Assembly (NCBI GenBank): GCA_041641305.1
Contig: JBEPYN010000003.1
Span: 34,518-98,517, forward strand
Reading direction: 5' to 3'
Length of the DNA stretch: 64,000 nucleotides
Origin: Nitrososphaerota archaeon
GTDB taxonomy: Archaea; Thermoproteota; Nitrososphaeria_A; Caldarchaeales; Caldarchaeaceae
This document shows, one piece after another, positions 26,967-36,554 of this stretch; position 1 is the first letter of the stretch; each line of letters starts with the position of its first letter. A program made the translations under genes and the position numbers. The notes under the pieces are model-generated. The model did no database searches, was not told the origin of the DNA, and saw only the letters and a program-made list of their open reading frames with translations.

Positions 26967-27770
26967 ATGGTGTCTCTAACTGTTGTTTACGCCGGTAAAC
27001 GTTCTGAGGCTGTTGCCGCAGCCGAGAGGCTCAGAAAAATTCTTCCAAAACATTTTGACAATTGGAGGGTGTTCTCGTTATCGGAGTTTGAGGAATATGT
27101 TCAGGAGCCTGCTGGCGATGTTTTGATGATACTGGGGGGAGACGGCACCGTTCTCAGGGCGACGAGGCGCATAAGGTCCCCGAATGTTAAAGTTGTAGGC
27201 GTAAATTTTGGTAGAGCAGGGTTCCTTTGCGTGGTTGAGCCCATGGAGCTGGAAAATGCCCTGGAAAAAATCGCATCAGAAGATTATCACGTGGAAGAGA
27301 TTATGAGGCTATCGCTCTATGTCGACGACAAATATGTCGGAGACTCGTTAAACGAAATCTACGTTTCCTCCACTAGGCCTGGGACTGTGATAGAGTATCG
27401 CGTTCACCAGAATGAGCTGCTCGCTTCAGATGTTGCCGACGGAGTAATTTTATCGACGCCTGTGGGTTCGACGGCCTATGCCTTTTCCAGCGGGGGGCCG
27501 ATAGTTGATGAGAGGCTGGAGACTGTTGTTGTCGTGCCAATGGCCTCTATGACAAACCTTAGATCTATGGTTCTCTCGATAGACACACCCGTACGGGTTT
27601 CCGTTGTTAAGGGGCGTGCACAGGCTCTAATAGATGGACACACGGCCACACCTGTTGAGAAGGGGGAGGTTAGGGTTGAGAAGTCCCCCCGCAGCCTGTC
27701 CATGATATCCTTCGACCAGAGACGACTGTTTAGTAGAAGGCTGAGGAAAAGGCTGTATGGCAGGCCGTAG
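26967..27770 (+). CDS. nadK: NAD kinase
   Basis: GGDGTVL, NFGRAGFL, LNE, ADGVILSTPVGSTAYAFSSGGP. Start set at ATG 26967. Confidence 0.93.
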   Translation: MVSLTVVYAGKRSEAVAAAERLRKILPKHFDNWRVFSLSEFEEYVQEPAGDVLMILGGDGTVLRATRRIRSPNVKVVGVNFGRAGFLCVVEPMELENALEKIASEDYHVEEIMRLSLYVDDKYVGDSLNEIYVSSTRPGTVIEYRVHQNELLASDVADGVILSTPVGSTAYAFSSGGPIVDERLETVVVVPMASMTNLRSMVLSIDTPVRVSVVKGRAQALIDGHTATPVEKGEVRVEKSPRSLSMISFDQRRLFSRRLRKRLYGRP

Positions 27771-28263
27771 AGTCTTCGTTCTCGACACAACGGCTCTTCT
27801 GTCGGCGCAGTTTGAGCCGGGGCCAGCTGAGCTTGTCACCGTGCAGGAGGCTGTGGACGAGGTTATGTATGGGGGGCTTGCTCCGCAGAGAGTTTTCACA
27901 GCCTTGTCCACCAAAGCAGTCAAACTCAAAAAACCCTCTCTCCAAGCCATTAAACACGTTGAAGAAACTGCGCGTAAAACAGGGGACTTGCCCAAACTCT
28001 CTAAAACCGATTTGGCTCTTCTTGCTCTCGCCTATGAGGAGAGTGCAGGCGGAGCAGAGGTGGTTGTCGTGACAGATGATTACAGTCTTCAGAACACGGC
28101 GCTGAGGCTGGGTTTAGGTGTTTCGGGTGTGGGCCGTGAAACTGTTAGAGAGATGCGGGAATGGGTTTATCGTTGCTTGGTCTGCGGAAAGGTTTACACT
28201 CGGCCTGTGAACCGGTGCAGGTATTGCGGCGGCGAAGTGGAGCGAATTGTTAAGAAGCCTTAG
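27757..28263 (+). CDS. nob1: Nob1-type PIN endonuclease (rRNA maturation)
   Basis: VLDTTA, TGDLPKLSKTDL, TDDYSLQN, and a CLVC...CRYCG zinc ribbon. Confidence 0.9.
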   Translation: MAGRRVFVLDTTALLSAQFEPGPAELVTVQEAVDEVMYGGLAPQRVFTALSTKAVKLKKPSLQAIKHVEETARKTGDLPKLSKTDLALLALAYEESAGGAEVVVVTDDYSLQNTALRLGLGVSGVGRETVREMREWVYRCLVCGKVYTRPVNRCRYCGGEVERIVKKP

Positions 28264-28804
28264 CGACGAAGTAGCCCGATAGCAACAGGCCCCAGCTTAA
28301 CACAGGGTACACAATCAGCCTCTCCATTCCCCCGTGTCCGAGACCAACGTAGTTACCCGATGCGAAGAGAACCAAAGCCGCGAGAGCCGTCAATCCACAC
28401 ACCAGCGAAATCACCCCCATCAAACGGTTGAACACCCTCAACCCATAGACGGCGGCGAGCCCCGCGAAGAAAAACGTGATGAATGAAAAAACGGTGTGAA
28501 GAACCGGAATATTCTCTGGAAAGAGGCCGACCCCGAGAGCACCAATTCCAGCAACGGCCACCAGGGCTGCGAAAACCCGGCTACCCACAACATCCAAACT
28601 TAGATAAGCCGCGGCAATCACACAGAGGCCCAGAAACGCAACAGACGTATTGAACACAGGCGCGGCAACACCCACGCCCAAATCACTGATGTAGTTACCC
28701 GAAACGCTGTATCCAGGGTAGATCGACTCAGCAACTCGTAGGAAAAACAGAAACTGAGCCACTCCGGTAAAAAGAACGGCACCTGCAAAGGATGCCCTTC
28801 TCAT
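28250..28804 (-). CDS. DUF998 family membrane protein
   Basis: YPGYSVSGNYISDLG, VGLFPEN, GGMERLIVYP. Confidence 0.8.
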   Translation of the reverse strand: MRRASFAGAVLFTGVAQFLFFLRVAESIYPGYSVSGNYISDLGVGVAAPVFNTSVAFLGLCVIAAAYLSLDVVGSRVFAALVAVAGIGALGVGLFPENIPVLHTVFSFITFFFAGLAAVYGLRVFNRLMGVISLVCGLTALAALVLFASGNYVGLGHGGMERLIVYPVLSWGLLLSGYFVAKAS

Positions 28805-28915
28805 GCTTCAAGTGTGAATCGTCAAAATATTTTTCTGTTTAGCGGTTGGGTAAGAGAGGTGTTCATCTTGTTGTTCTTAGAATAGGCTTAAATACTATCT
28901 TGTGTTTTCCGCACC

Positions 28916-29449
28916 ATGAACCAAAGCACATTACGCTTATCCACAAAAGACATATCCATAATTGCTCTTTCCGCAGCCCTCTACGTCATCATGGGCGCCG
29001 TCTCAGGGCTCGTTCTCCCCGCCGCACGCGGATATCCCGCCCACTTTTTCCGGGGCCTTACTATGAGCGCCGCCGGAGCCTACACAAGGCGGAAATGGAG
29101 CGTCACAGGTATGTCGGTCATAGCAGGGGCCTTGTTTATGGTTTTGGTTCCAGCCCCAGCGCCCTATCTACTCTTCTCCACAGTCGCGGCTGGGTTGCTC
29201 TATGACCTGAGCATGGGTAGAAGTTATTCTGAAGCTTGTAGAAAGCCGCGGAGAATCGCACTGGCCACCGTTGTAAGTGGGTTAGCTGAGGCCGTTGTGG
29301 CGCTTGGAATACTTACCTATGTCGGGTTGTTTGATGTCCAGCCCATCGTTCTCGCATTCATATGGATAGTGACGATAGCAGCTAACCTTGTCCTCAGCAC
29401 CGCCGGTGCACAGGTAACCATAGCGCTTCTCCGGAGATACGGGAAATGA
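28916..29449 (+). CDS. Integral membrane protein, ECF S-component-like
   Basis: LSTKDISIIALSAALY N-terminus typical of S-components, and about 6 TM segments. Confidence 0.55.
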   Translation: MNQSTLRLSTKDISIIALSAALYVIMGAVSGLVLPAARGYPAHFFRGLTMSAAGAYTRRKWSVTGMSVIAGALFMVLVPAPAPYLLFSTVAAGLLYDLSMGRSYSEACRKPRRIALATVVSGLAEAVVALGILTYVGLFDVQPIVLAFIWIVTIAANLVLSTAGAQVTIALLRRYGK

Positions 29450-29877
29450 GCCAGCCCGACCTACTCTTTCTCGCACGTTTAGGAATTGTTTACGGCTTGG
29501 TTTTCTGGGTTGGGGGAATAGCTCATCTCGCTTTCGCAGCCATCCCACAGCTTGCGACCCTTGAGAACCGCATTGAAAGGACAAGGCTAATGGGCGGCGT
29601 GATGAAGAGATACAACCCCATCGCATGGACAGCCATCCCCATCCTAATCACGGCAACAACCTACACAGCCCTCCATACCTCTGGAACAAGCTCAACAACG
29701 ATACTCATACTCGCAACATTATACACTGCAGCGCTCCTAGATTTCCTCCACTCATTCATACTGGGCCCACGCGCAGCCACGGGAAACACAAATACAAGAA
29801 CTTTGGCTCTAGCTGTTGCGAGAGTTGAGACCGCGCTGGCACTGGCTCTGCCTCTGCTAATAGCCGTTCTTCTCTAG
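29446..29877 (+). CDS. Four-TM membrane protein (DUF4149/CopD-like)
   Basis: FWVGGIAHLAFAAIP...HSFILGPR. ATGA-coupled to the upstream gene. Confidence 0.55.
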   Translation: MSQPDLLFLARLGIVYGLVFWVGGIAHLAFAAIPQLATLENRIERTRLMGGVMKRYNPIAWTAIPILITATTYTALHTSGTSSTTILILATLYTAALLDFLHSFILGPRAATGNTNTRTLALAVARVETALALALPLLIAVLL

Positions 29878-29924
29878 TTATTCTCCGCAAAGACTTTATC
29901 AAGCAATGATTACCGTGCTGTTAT

Positions 29925-31457
29925 GTGGAGGAGGTCATAGCTGTCGTCGACTTCGGCGGCCAATATGCACACCTCATCAGCAGAAGAGTCAGAAGCATAG
30001 GCGTCAAAACACATGTTATCCCTCACAACATTCTTCAAGAAACAGACATGAGCATCTACAAAGGAGTTATCCTCTCCGGGGGGCCTGCGAGCGTATACGA
30101 AGAAAACGCCCCCACGGTGGACATGGAGAAACTCCGCGGCAAACCCATGTTGGGAATATGCTACGGCCATCAGTTGATAGCATATCTGTTTGGCGGCGAC
30201 GTTAGACGCGAAAGAGCACGGGAATACGGTAGAACAGAGCTTATCCTAAGACATGGCTGCCCTCTTTTCAGGGGGCTGCCAGACAGGTTCATGGTTTGGA
30301 TGAGCCACGGCGACCACGTCGAAAAAATTCCACCAGGCTTCGCGACAGCAGCATCAACCCGCACTTCACCCCATGCAGCCATATATGATGAGCAGAGGAA
30401 CATCTACGGCGTACAGTTTCATCCAGAAGTAGCCCACACAGAACACGGGACTAAAATTCTCCAAAACTTCGTACTCAACATATGTGGATGTAGTGGTTCA
30501 TGGCGGATGGAGGACTACCTTGAAAAAGCCATATCCGAAGTAGTGGAAATGGTGGGCGATGGCCGTGTACTATGCGCTGTCAGCGGCGGCATAGATTCAA
30601 CGGTCACAGCAGCCATAGTCTCCAGGGCTGTCGGCAACAGGCTCAAATGCCTTTTCGTGAACCATGGGTTGCTGAGAAAAAACGAGTCGGAAAAAGTTCT
30701 TGAAATGTTGCGGCAAGTCGTGGGGGAGGGAAACATAGTCTACGTCGACGCTTCTAAACGTTTTCTAGAGAGGCTGCGTGGTGTAACGGACCCTGAGGAG
30801 AAGAGGCGTATAATCGGCCACGAGTTTGCGGCCATATTTGAGGAGGTTAGCAAAGCCTATGGCCCCTTCACACATCTTGCGCAGGGGACCCTTTACCCAG
30901 ACGTGGTCGAGAGCGGAAAATCAGTCGGCGGCTCAGCAGTCATCAAAACACATCACAACGTAGGCGGGATGCCCAATAACTTCGGCTTGAAGATTGTTGA
31001 GCCTCTTAGAGAACTCTACAAAGACGAGGTCAGACAACTGGCGGAAGTGATGGGGCTGCCCCGTTGGCTTGTTAAGAGACATCCGTTCCCGGGCCCCGGT
31101 CTTGCTGTCCGAATCATAGGCGAGGTTACTGAGGAGAAGCTGGAGATATGCAGGGAGGCGTCAGCTATCGTGGAAGAGGAACTGGAGAAAGCGGGTTTGC
31201 TGGACGAGGTCTGGCAGGCCTTCGCAATAGTTGGAGACGATAAAGCAACAGGCGTCAAAGGCGACAGAAGAAGCCTCGGCTACATCGTCACAATTCGTGT
31301 AGTATCATCGGTGGACGGCATGACGGCCGACTCCGTGAGGCTGCCATACACGGTGCTAGACAAAATAGCCTCGAGAATCACCAACGAAGTCGACAAAGTC
31401 ACCTGGGTAACTTATGCACTCTCGAGCAAGCCTCCAGCCACCATTGAGCCTCAGTAG
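29925..31457 (+). CDS. guaA: GMP synthase (fused glutaminase + ATP pyrophosphatase)
   Basis: GICYGHQ, QFHPEV, SGGIDS, IKTHHNVGG, HPFPGPGLAVR, KPPATIE. Confidence 0.97.
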   Translation: MEEVIAVVDFGGQYAHLISRRVRSIGVKTHVIPHNILQETDMSIYKGVILSGGPASVYEENAPTVDMEKLRGKPMLGICYGHQLIAYLFGGDVRRERAREYGRTELILRHGCPLFRGLPDRFMVWMSHGDHVEKIPPGFATAASTRTSPHAAIYDEQRNIYGVQFHPEVAHTEHGTKILQNFVLNICGCSGSWRMEDYLEKAISEVVEMVGDGRVLCAVSGGIDSTVTAAIVSRAVGNRLKCLFVNHGLLRKNESEKVLEMLRQVVGEGNIVYVDASKRFLERLRGVTDPEEKRRIIGHEFAAIFEEVSKAYGPFTHLAQGTLYPDVVESGKSVGGSAVIKTHHNVGGMPNNFGLKIVEPLRELYKDEVRQLAEVMGLPRWLVKRHPFPGPGLAVRIIGEVTEEKLEICREASAIVEEELEKAGLLDEVWQAFAIVGDDKATGVKGDRRSLGYIVTIRVVSSVDGMTADSVRLPYTVLDKIASRITNEVDKVTWVTYALSSKPPATIEPQ

Positions 31458-31458
31458 A

Positions 31459-32253
31459 TTACCTGCCCTTCCAGACCGGTTTACGTTTCTCGAGAAAAGC
31501 TCGTGCACCCTCTTTCTGGTCCTCTGTGGCGAAGAGCTGGGCGAAAAGCAGTAGCTCAGTTCGCAGACCAGCCAATAGACCCGTCTCCAAAGCGAGGTTT
31601 ACAGCCTCCTTCGCAGCAGCCAACGCCAATCTAGGCTTTGACAAAAGCTTATCCACAAGCTCCTTCACAGCCTCCTCAAGCTTATCACGTGGAGCCACGA
31701 TGTTCACAACACCCATTTTCTCCAGCTCAACCGCCGATACTCTGTCACCCGTCATTATCAGCTGCTTAGCCTTCTTCTCACCCACTAGACGCGCAAGACG
31801 CTGTGTCCCACCTCCTCCCGGAATCAGTCCAAGGTTTATCTCGGGCTGTCCAAAAACCGCGTCCTCAGCCGCAACAATCATGTCACATGACATCGCCAGC
31901 TCAAACCCTCCGCCGAGGCAATATCCCTCCACAACGGCGATGACCGGCTTCCGCATACTGCGTATGATGTTTGCGAGAACCATCGAAGTGCCTACTTCGT
32001 TAGCGATGCTCACACATTTTTCCGGGTCCCACTCGAGAAAGGCCCTGATATCGGCGCCGGCAGAGAAGTTCCCACCGGCCCCACGAATCAAGACAACCCT
32101 TACCTCATCGTCTCCTGCGGCCTTCTCCAAGGCATGGCGAAGCTCACGCCTAAGCTCCAGCTCCAAAGCGTTGTAACGCGAGGGATTGTTGAGAACAATA
32201 ATAGCAACACCACCCTCCTTAGAATAAATGACTTTACTGAATTCGCCGGACAT
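31459..32253 (-). CDS. Enoyl-CoA hydratase / crotonase
   Basis: FSAGADI, GGGFELAMSCD, FGQPEINLGLIPGGGGTQRL, both catalytic Glu present. Confidence 0.93.
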   Translation of the reverse strand: MSGEFSKVIYSKEGGVAIIVLNNPSRYNALELELRRELRHALEKAAGDDEVRVVLIRGAGGNFSAGADIRAFLEWDPEKCVSIANEVGTSMVLANIIRSMRKPVIAVVEGYCLGGGFELAMSCDMIVAAEDAVFGQPEINLGLIPGGGGTQRLARLVGEKKAKQLIMTGDRVSAVELEKMGVVNIVAPRDKLEEAVKELVDKLLSKPRLALAAAKEAVNLALETGLLAGLRTELLLFAQLFATEDQKEGARAFLEKRKPVWKGR

Positions 32254-32328
32254 GCCCGTAAGACTAATTCAAAGTATTTAGCTCCTCTCATACAAGCAGC
32301 CCCACAAAACTCAGGGCTTTTTGTGATT

Positions 32329-32841
32329 TTATTTGAGTGACCTGTATTGATGGGGGAAGATACGCCGCAGAAAGATGTCCACAACTGTGATTTGGTCGGG
32401 ATGAATCTCGTAGGTTTGTTTGCCGCCTTCATGGGCAACTATCTTGAGAACACCGTTGCGCCCAAGCTCTATTCCCTCAACATCCATAGGTTTGAGCAAC
32501 CTCGTTTTGCCAAACTTTTTGACACCCAACCTCCCTTTGTTCTCCTCAAGGAGGGTAACAGCTTCCTCCAGAGAACGCCCGGCCAAAAACAATTCAGCAA
32601 CATCATCTTTTTTCAAAGCATTCTTCAACTCCTCAACCCACACATTCACCATATTTGTCAAAATGTCGCCGGTGCTACCGATGTTCCATGGCGGCAGGTG
32701 CCTGACGTTATCTGTTTCAAGAAGCAACAGACCAGAGTCGCTGAAGAGCAGAAAATACCTAACGTAGCCTCCGCCGAGCGTCCTTAGAGAGAAAACTTTT
32801 CGCCAAGCCTCAGCAAAACCCAGCACCGTAGCCATAACCAA
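32329..32841 (-). CDS. Hypothetical protein
   Basis: 170-aa ORF that fills the gap with protein-like composition. No family recognised. Confidence 0.55.
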   Translation of the reverse strand: MVMATVLGFAEAWRKVFSLRTLGGGYVRYFLLFSDSGLLLLETDNVRHLPPWNIGSTGDILTNMVNVWVEELKNALKKDDVAELFLAGRSLEEAVTLLEENKGRLGVKKFGKTRLLKPMDVEGIELGRNGVLKIVAHEGGKQTYEIHPDQITVVDIFLRRIFPHQYRSLK

Positions 32842-32913
32842 TCAATCCAAAGAAGAGGATAAGTTCTTTTCGCATATTCTGGACATGCATGGCACAACTT
32901 ATTTAATAGTCAT

Positions 32914-33939
32914 GTGAACCTAAAACTTGGTTTGGAGTTCGGTATAAGTTTCGGAGCACTCTACGCTGATCCGCAGACATATCTGAGATATTCCGTTGAA
33001 GGGGAGAAGATTGGCTATACTTACCTCTTTTATCCAGACTCCCAGACGCTTTATCGCGACCCCTTCGTGAACATTGGCGCAGCATCAGTAGCCACAAGAA
33101 GGGTGAAGCTGGGAACTCTTGTTTCATCCATTTACACACGTCATCCAACTGTCCTCGCGTCATCTGCAATCGCAGCGTATGAGCTTTCTGGTGGAAGGTT
33201 TGTGCTCGTCGTTGGAGCAGGAGATAGCGCAGTTAGACGCATAGGGATGAAGCCGTCCCCCGTTCAAGAGTTTGAAAACTCCGTTAAACACTTGCGATAT
33301 TTGATTACGGGCAGAGAATTTGACGTAGGTATGGCTAGGTTTAGCATAAGGTTTGCCCGTCACAGGGTTCCCATATATGTGGCCGCGACGGGGAAAAAGA
33401 TGCTTTCGATCTCTGGCAGAGTTGGGGATGGCTCGGTTATAATGGTTGGTCCATCTTTGACAAAATGGGCTGTGGAGCGGGTTCGGTTAAGCTGCGATGA
33501 GGCAGGTCTTGATTTCGAGAACAAGGAGCTGTTTTGGTGCGGATTCTGCGTCATACACGAGGACAGCTCCTTGGCAAAGAAGCTTGTTAAACCAAGTGTG
33601 TCATGGTTTTGCACAAATTACCCAGATCTTGTTAAAATGTTAGGAGTGGACTTGCCTAATGATTTTTGGGAAAATGTCGCGAAGTTCAGAAAAGACTACG
33701 CTCGTTACGACCTCGTGCACTCACATACATGGTTTCAGGCTGTAGAGGATGCGTCCTTCATCCCCGATGAACTTGCTGACAGAATGGCTTTGGCAGGTGA
33801 TCTCGAGGAAGTTGAAGCCAAACTGCGCGAAATAGAGAAAATAGGAATATCCAAAGTAATCATCAGACCTCCAGCACACGAGCTCTGGTACGATGTTTTC
33901 AAGACATTCGGCGAAAACATTATCCCTAGATTTGTTTAA
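32914..33939 (+). CDS. LLM-class (Mer-like, probably F420-dependent) oxidoreductase
   Basis: PDSQTLYRDPFV, LGTLVSSIYTRHPTVLAS, SGGRFVLVVGAGDS, PIYVAATGKKML. Confidence 0.88.
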   Translation: MNLKLGLEFGISFGALYADPQTYLRYSVEGEKIGYTYLFYPDSQTLYRDPFVNIGAASVATRRVKLGTLVSSIYTRHPTVLASSAIAAYELSGGRFVLVVGAGDSAVRRIGMKPSPVQEFENSVKHLRYLITGREFDVGMARFSIRFARHRVPIYVAATGKKMLSISGRVGDGSVIMVGPSLTKWAVERVRLSCDEAGLDFENKELFWCGFCVIHEDSSLAKKLVKPSVSWFCTNYPDLVKMLGVDLPNDFWENVAKFRKDYARYDLVHSHTWFQAVEDASFIPDELADRMALAGDLEEVEAKLREIEKIGISKVIIRPPAHELWYDVFKTFGENIIPRFV

Positions 33940-33986
33940 TAAATAGTCTCGAACCCTTATATAAGACGGAGGTCGCACTTCAATCA

Positions 33987-34973
33987 ATGGACAAAATAGC
34001 GAAAGTGCTAACGGTTGACGATTTGAAAAAAGTCACACATCCGGCGTATCCTTACATGCTTCCCGAAATGTCTCCCATAAGTGAGGAAGAGGCTTTCCAG
34101 CATGTTCGCAACACCGTCGACATGCATCTTCACGGCGCGCCGACTGGATGGATGCCTTACAGGCCATCGATGCTTAAGACGTCTCAGGAAGCCTCTGCAG
34201 CAGGTATGAAAGCCTTGGCCTTCAAGGACCACTACTACATGACGAGTCCAATCGCCTATGTTATACAGGAGTCTCTGGAGCCATGGTGTACAGAAAGGGG
34301 TCTGCGGCCTGTTGAGGTATACGGCGGTGTAACCCTAAACTATGCAGTGGGTGGGCTTAATCCTGCCGTGGTAAGAACGGTGTTGAAGGGAGACTTTAAG
34401 AAACATACCAAAGTAATTTGGATGCCTAGCATCGACTCTGACTTGACGCGGCGCGCTGCAAACCTCGGGCCAGGCATAACCATTTTGGAAAACGGACGTC
34501 TAAAGGACGAAGTCAAGGAAATAGTCGACATCGTCGCAAGCAGTGACCACAAAGTAGCTATAGAGACATCTCACCTATACTATGAAGAAATTCTGGCTCT
34601 CGCAGAGGAGTGTGAAAAGAAAGGTGTCGACCTTGTTGTAACACATGCCAACCAAGAGCTTACGCTGTTAACCGTCGAGGAAGCGTTAAAACTCGTAGAG
34701 CGTAAAGCATGGATACAACTGGCCATCATTTCAATGCTGGGGACGCCAATAGCTGCGCCCGGTTGGGTGGTCAACTATCATCACTCCATAGAACTGCTCA
34801 AAGCGGTAGGACCAGATAGAATAATACTAGCCACGGACGCAGGACAGACGGGCGCTAAACCCGTCGAATACATGAAGTTGGGCATTTGGAGCCTACTTTC
34901 CCGCGACATTGGAGCAGATGTAGTCACGAAAATAACCATCGACAATCCGTCGAAAGTCCTCGGACTCAAGTAA
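33987..34973 (+). CDS. Amidohydrolase-fold metalloprotein, DUF6282-like
   Basis: DMHLHG, FKDH, GGVTLNYAVGGLNP, IWMPS, TSHL, VTH, LATDAGQ, NPSKVLG. Confidence 0.75.
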   Translation: MDKIAKVLTVDDLKKVTHPAYPYMLPEMSPISEEEAFQHVRNTVDMHLHGAPTGWMPYRPSMLKTSQEASAAGMKALAFKDHYYMTSPIAYVIQESLEPWCTERGLRPVEVYGGVTLNYAVGGLNPAVVRTVLKGDFKKHTKVIWMPSIDSDLTRRAANLGPGITILENGRLKDEVKEIVDIVASSDHKVAIETSHLYYEEILALAEECEKKGVDLVVTHANQELTLLTVEEALKLVERKAWIQLAIISMLGTPIAAPGWVVNYHHSIELLKAVGPDRIILATDAGQTGAKPVEYMKLGIWSLLSRDIGADVVTKITIDNPSKVLGLK

Positions 34974-36552
34974 TAGGCCTCGTGGGCCTGTAACCAGCTT
35001 TCAAGGCGTCGAACGCATTTCCAACACCCCTCTCCTTCAGAAGAAATCTCTGAATACGTTGAGTAGGCGTCTTAGGCAGCTCGTCAACAACCTCCACATA
35101 GCGTGGAACCATGTAATATGGCAGTTTACTGTCGCACCATTTGATAAACTCCATGAAGTCCAGCTGAGCGCCGGGCTTGAGTTTTAGGTAAACTTTTACA
35201 TCTTCGTCACCCAGCTCAGATGGGACCCCGACCGCGGCAGACTCCAACACAGATGGATGCTCGTTGACCACACTCTCTATCTCATATGGTGAGATGTTCT
35301 CACCCCGCCTTCTGATGGACTCTTTTTTCCGGCCAACAATATAGAAGAAGCCATCTTCATCTCGGTAGAACAGGTCACCAGTATGGAACCATAGGTTGCG
35401 CCAAGCTTTCACCGTTTCATCGGGTTTTTTGTAGTATTCCAGCATCATGACATAGGGTTTACGTGGCCTTATAACGAGTTCTCCAACTTTTCCCGGGGGA
35501 AGCTCGTTGTCGTCATCGTCAACTATGCTCGCCTCAAAGTATGGCAAAGGTTTTCCTACTGAGCCAACCCTAACATCCTTCCCACGATTGAAAATCGCTA
35601 TCGCACATGTCTCAGTCATTCCAAAACCTTCGAGAACACGCACACCAAACCTTTTCTCAAAGATGGGCCACGTCTCCTTAGTAGCACCACCTGTCATAGC
35701 GACTCTTACAGAGTGACGCCTATCATATTCTCCCGCGGGTTGCTTCAGCAGAATGTTGACCATGGAGCTGATGAGAAAAATCACTGTAGCACGATACTTT
35801 GCAGCATTTTGCCAGAACTGTGAAGCATGAAACCATGGGTCAAATGCTGCGGTGAGGTCGTTGATGAGAGCTGGCAGTATTATCTGCAGCTGTCCGCTTG
35901 TATGGAAGAATGGTACTGTGCTGTAAAAAATATCTCCTTCACGTGCCTCTGCTATCGAAGCGTTCATGTGTGCCGTGTTTATGTAGGCGTTATGTGGCAA
36001 GACAACGCCTTTGGGCGGGCCGGTTGTGCCAGATGTGTACATTATGGTGGCCGGGTCAGATGGATGGACCACCTCATATCTTTCGAGAGGTTTGTCGGAT
36101 TCTGTAAGAATATTTATGGGGAGAAAGCCGTCAGCATTTTCCTCGTTAGTGAAATGTATGGCAACTTTGTCAAGAGAATCTTTTATCTCAAGGTAATATG
36201 GTAGGAGCTGTTTGTCCACCACGGCTACTTTTGCGTCTGAATCGTTGATTTGATACTTGAGTAGAGGACCTTTTAGAGAGATGTTTAGCGGGACCGCTAC
36301 TGCGCCGAGCTTCATTACCCCGAACCAGATGTAGAGGAAGTCCATGGAGTTCGGCATGTATATCACGACTTTGTCACCCTTTGACACTCCTAGGCTTCGA
36401 AGTCCTCCGGCTACACTGGATGAGACTGTGTCAAGATGGTCATATGTCACTTGTTTATCTCCTGTGATGACCGCGGGTTCGCCGGGGTTTTTCCTAGCTT
36501 TTTTGCTAACCAGCTCGGCTAAATTGGTAATTTTCTCCCACTCCTCGTACAT
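34966..36552 (-). CDS. Acyl-CoA ligase, CaiC (crotonobetaine/carnitine-CoA ligase)-like
   Basis: YTSGTTGPPKG, EGFGMTE, WRNLWFHTGD, IRRRGENISPYEIE, LPKTPTQRI. Confidence 0.9.
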   Translation of the reverse strand: MYEEWEKITNLAELVSKKARKNPGEPAVITGDKQVTYDHLDTVSSSVAGGLRSLGVSKGDKVVIYMPNSMDFLYIWFGVMKLGAVAVPLNISLKGPLLKYQINDSDAKVAVVDKQLLPYYLEIKDSLDKVAIHFTNEENADGFLPINILTESDKPLERYEVVHPSDPATIMYTSGTTGPPKGVVLPHNAYINTAHMNASIAEAREGDIFYSTVPFFHTSGQLQIILPALINDLTAAFDPWFHASQFWQNAAKYRATVIFLISSMVNILLKQPAGEYDRRHSVRVAMTGGATKETWPIFEKRFGVRVLEGFGMTETCAIAIFNRGKDVRVGSVGKPLPYFEASIVDDDDNELPPGKVGELVIRPRKPYVMMLEYYKKPDETVKAWRNLWFHTGDLFYRDEDGFFYIVGRKKESIRRRGENISPYEIESVVNEHPSVLESAAVGVPSELGDEDVKVYLKLKPGAQLDFMEFIKWCDSKLPYYMVPRYVEVVDELPKTPTQRIQRFLLKERGVGNAFDALKAGYRPTRPIT

Positions 36553-36554
36553 AG

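Noticed and set aside
29925-31457. Fused guaA in an archaeon
   Set aside because: Many archaea split it, but fused forms are already known in several archaeal lineages.
31526-32176. Long antisense or alternate-frame ORFs (also 9271-9954, 23838-24389, 26140-26724, 40096-40626)
   Set aside because: They are shadows of well-supported genes on the opposite strand and carry no family motifs.
32303-32325. Inverted repeat CACAAAA-N9-TTTTGTG (and CCACA-N8-TGTGG near 60969)
   Set aside because: Short and AT-rich. Each may be a terminator-associated element, but the evidence is too weak to call.
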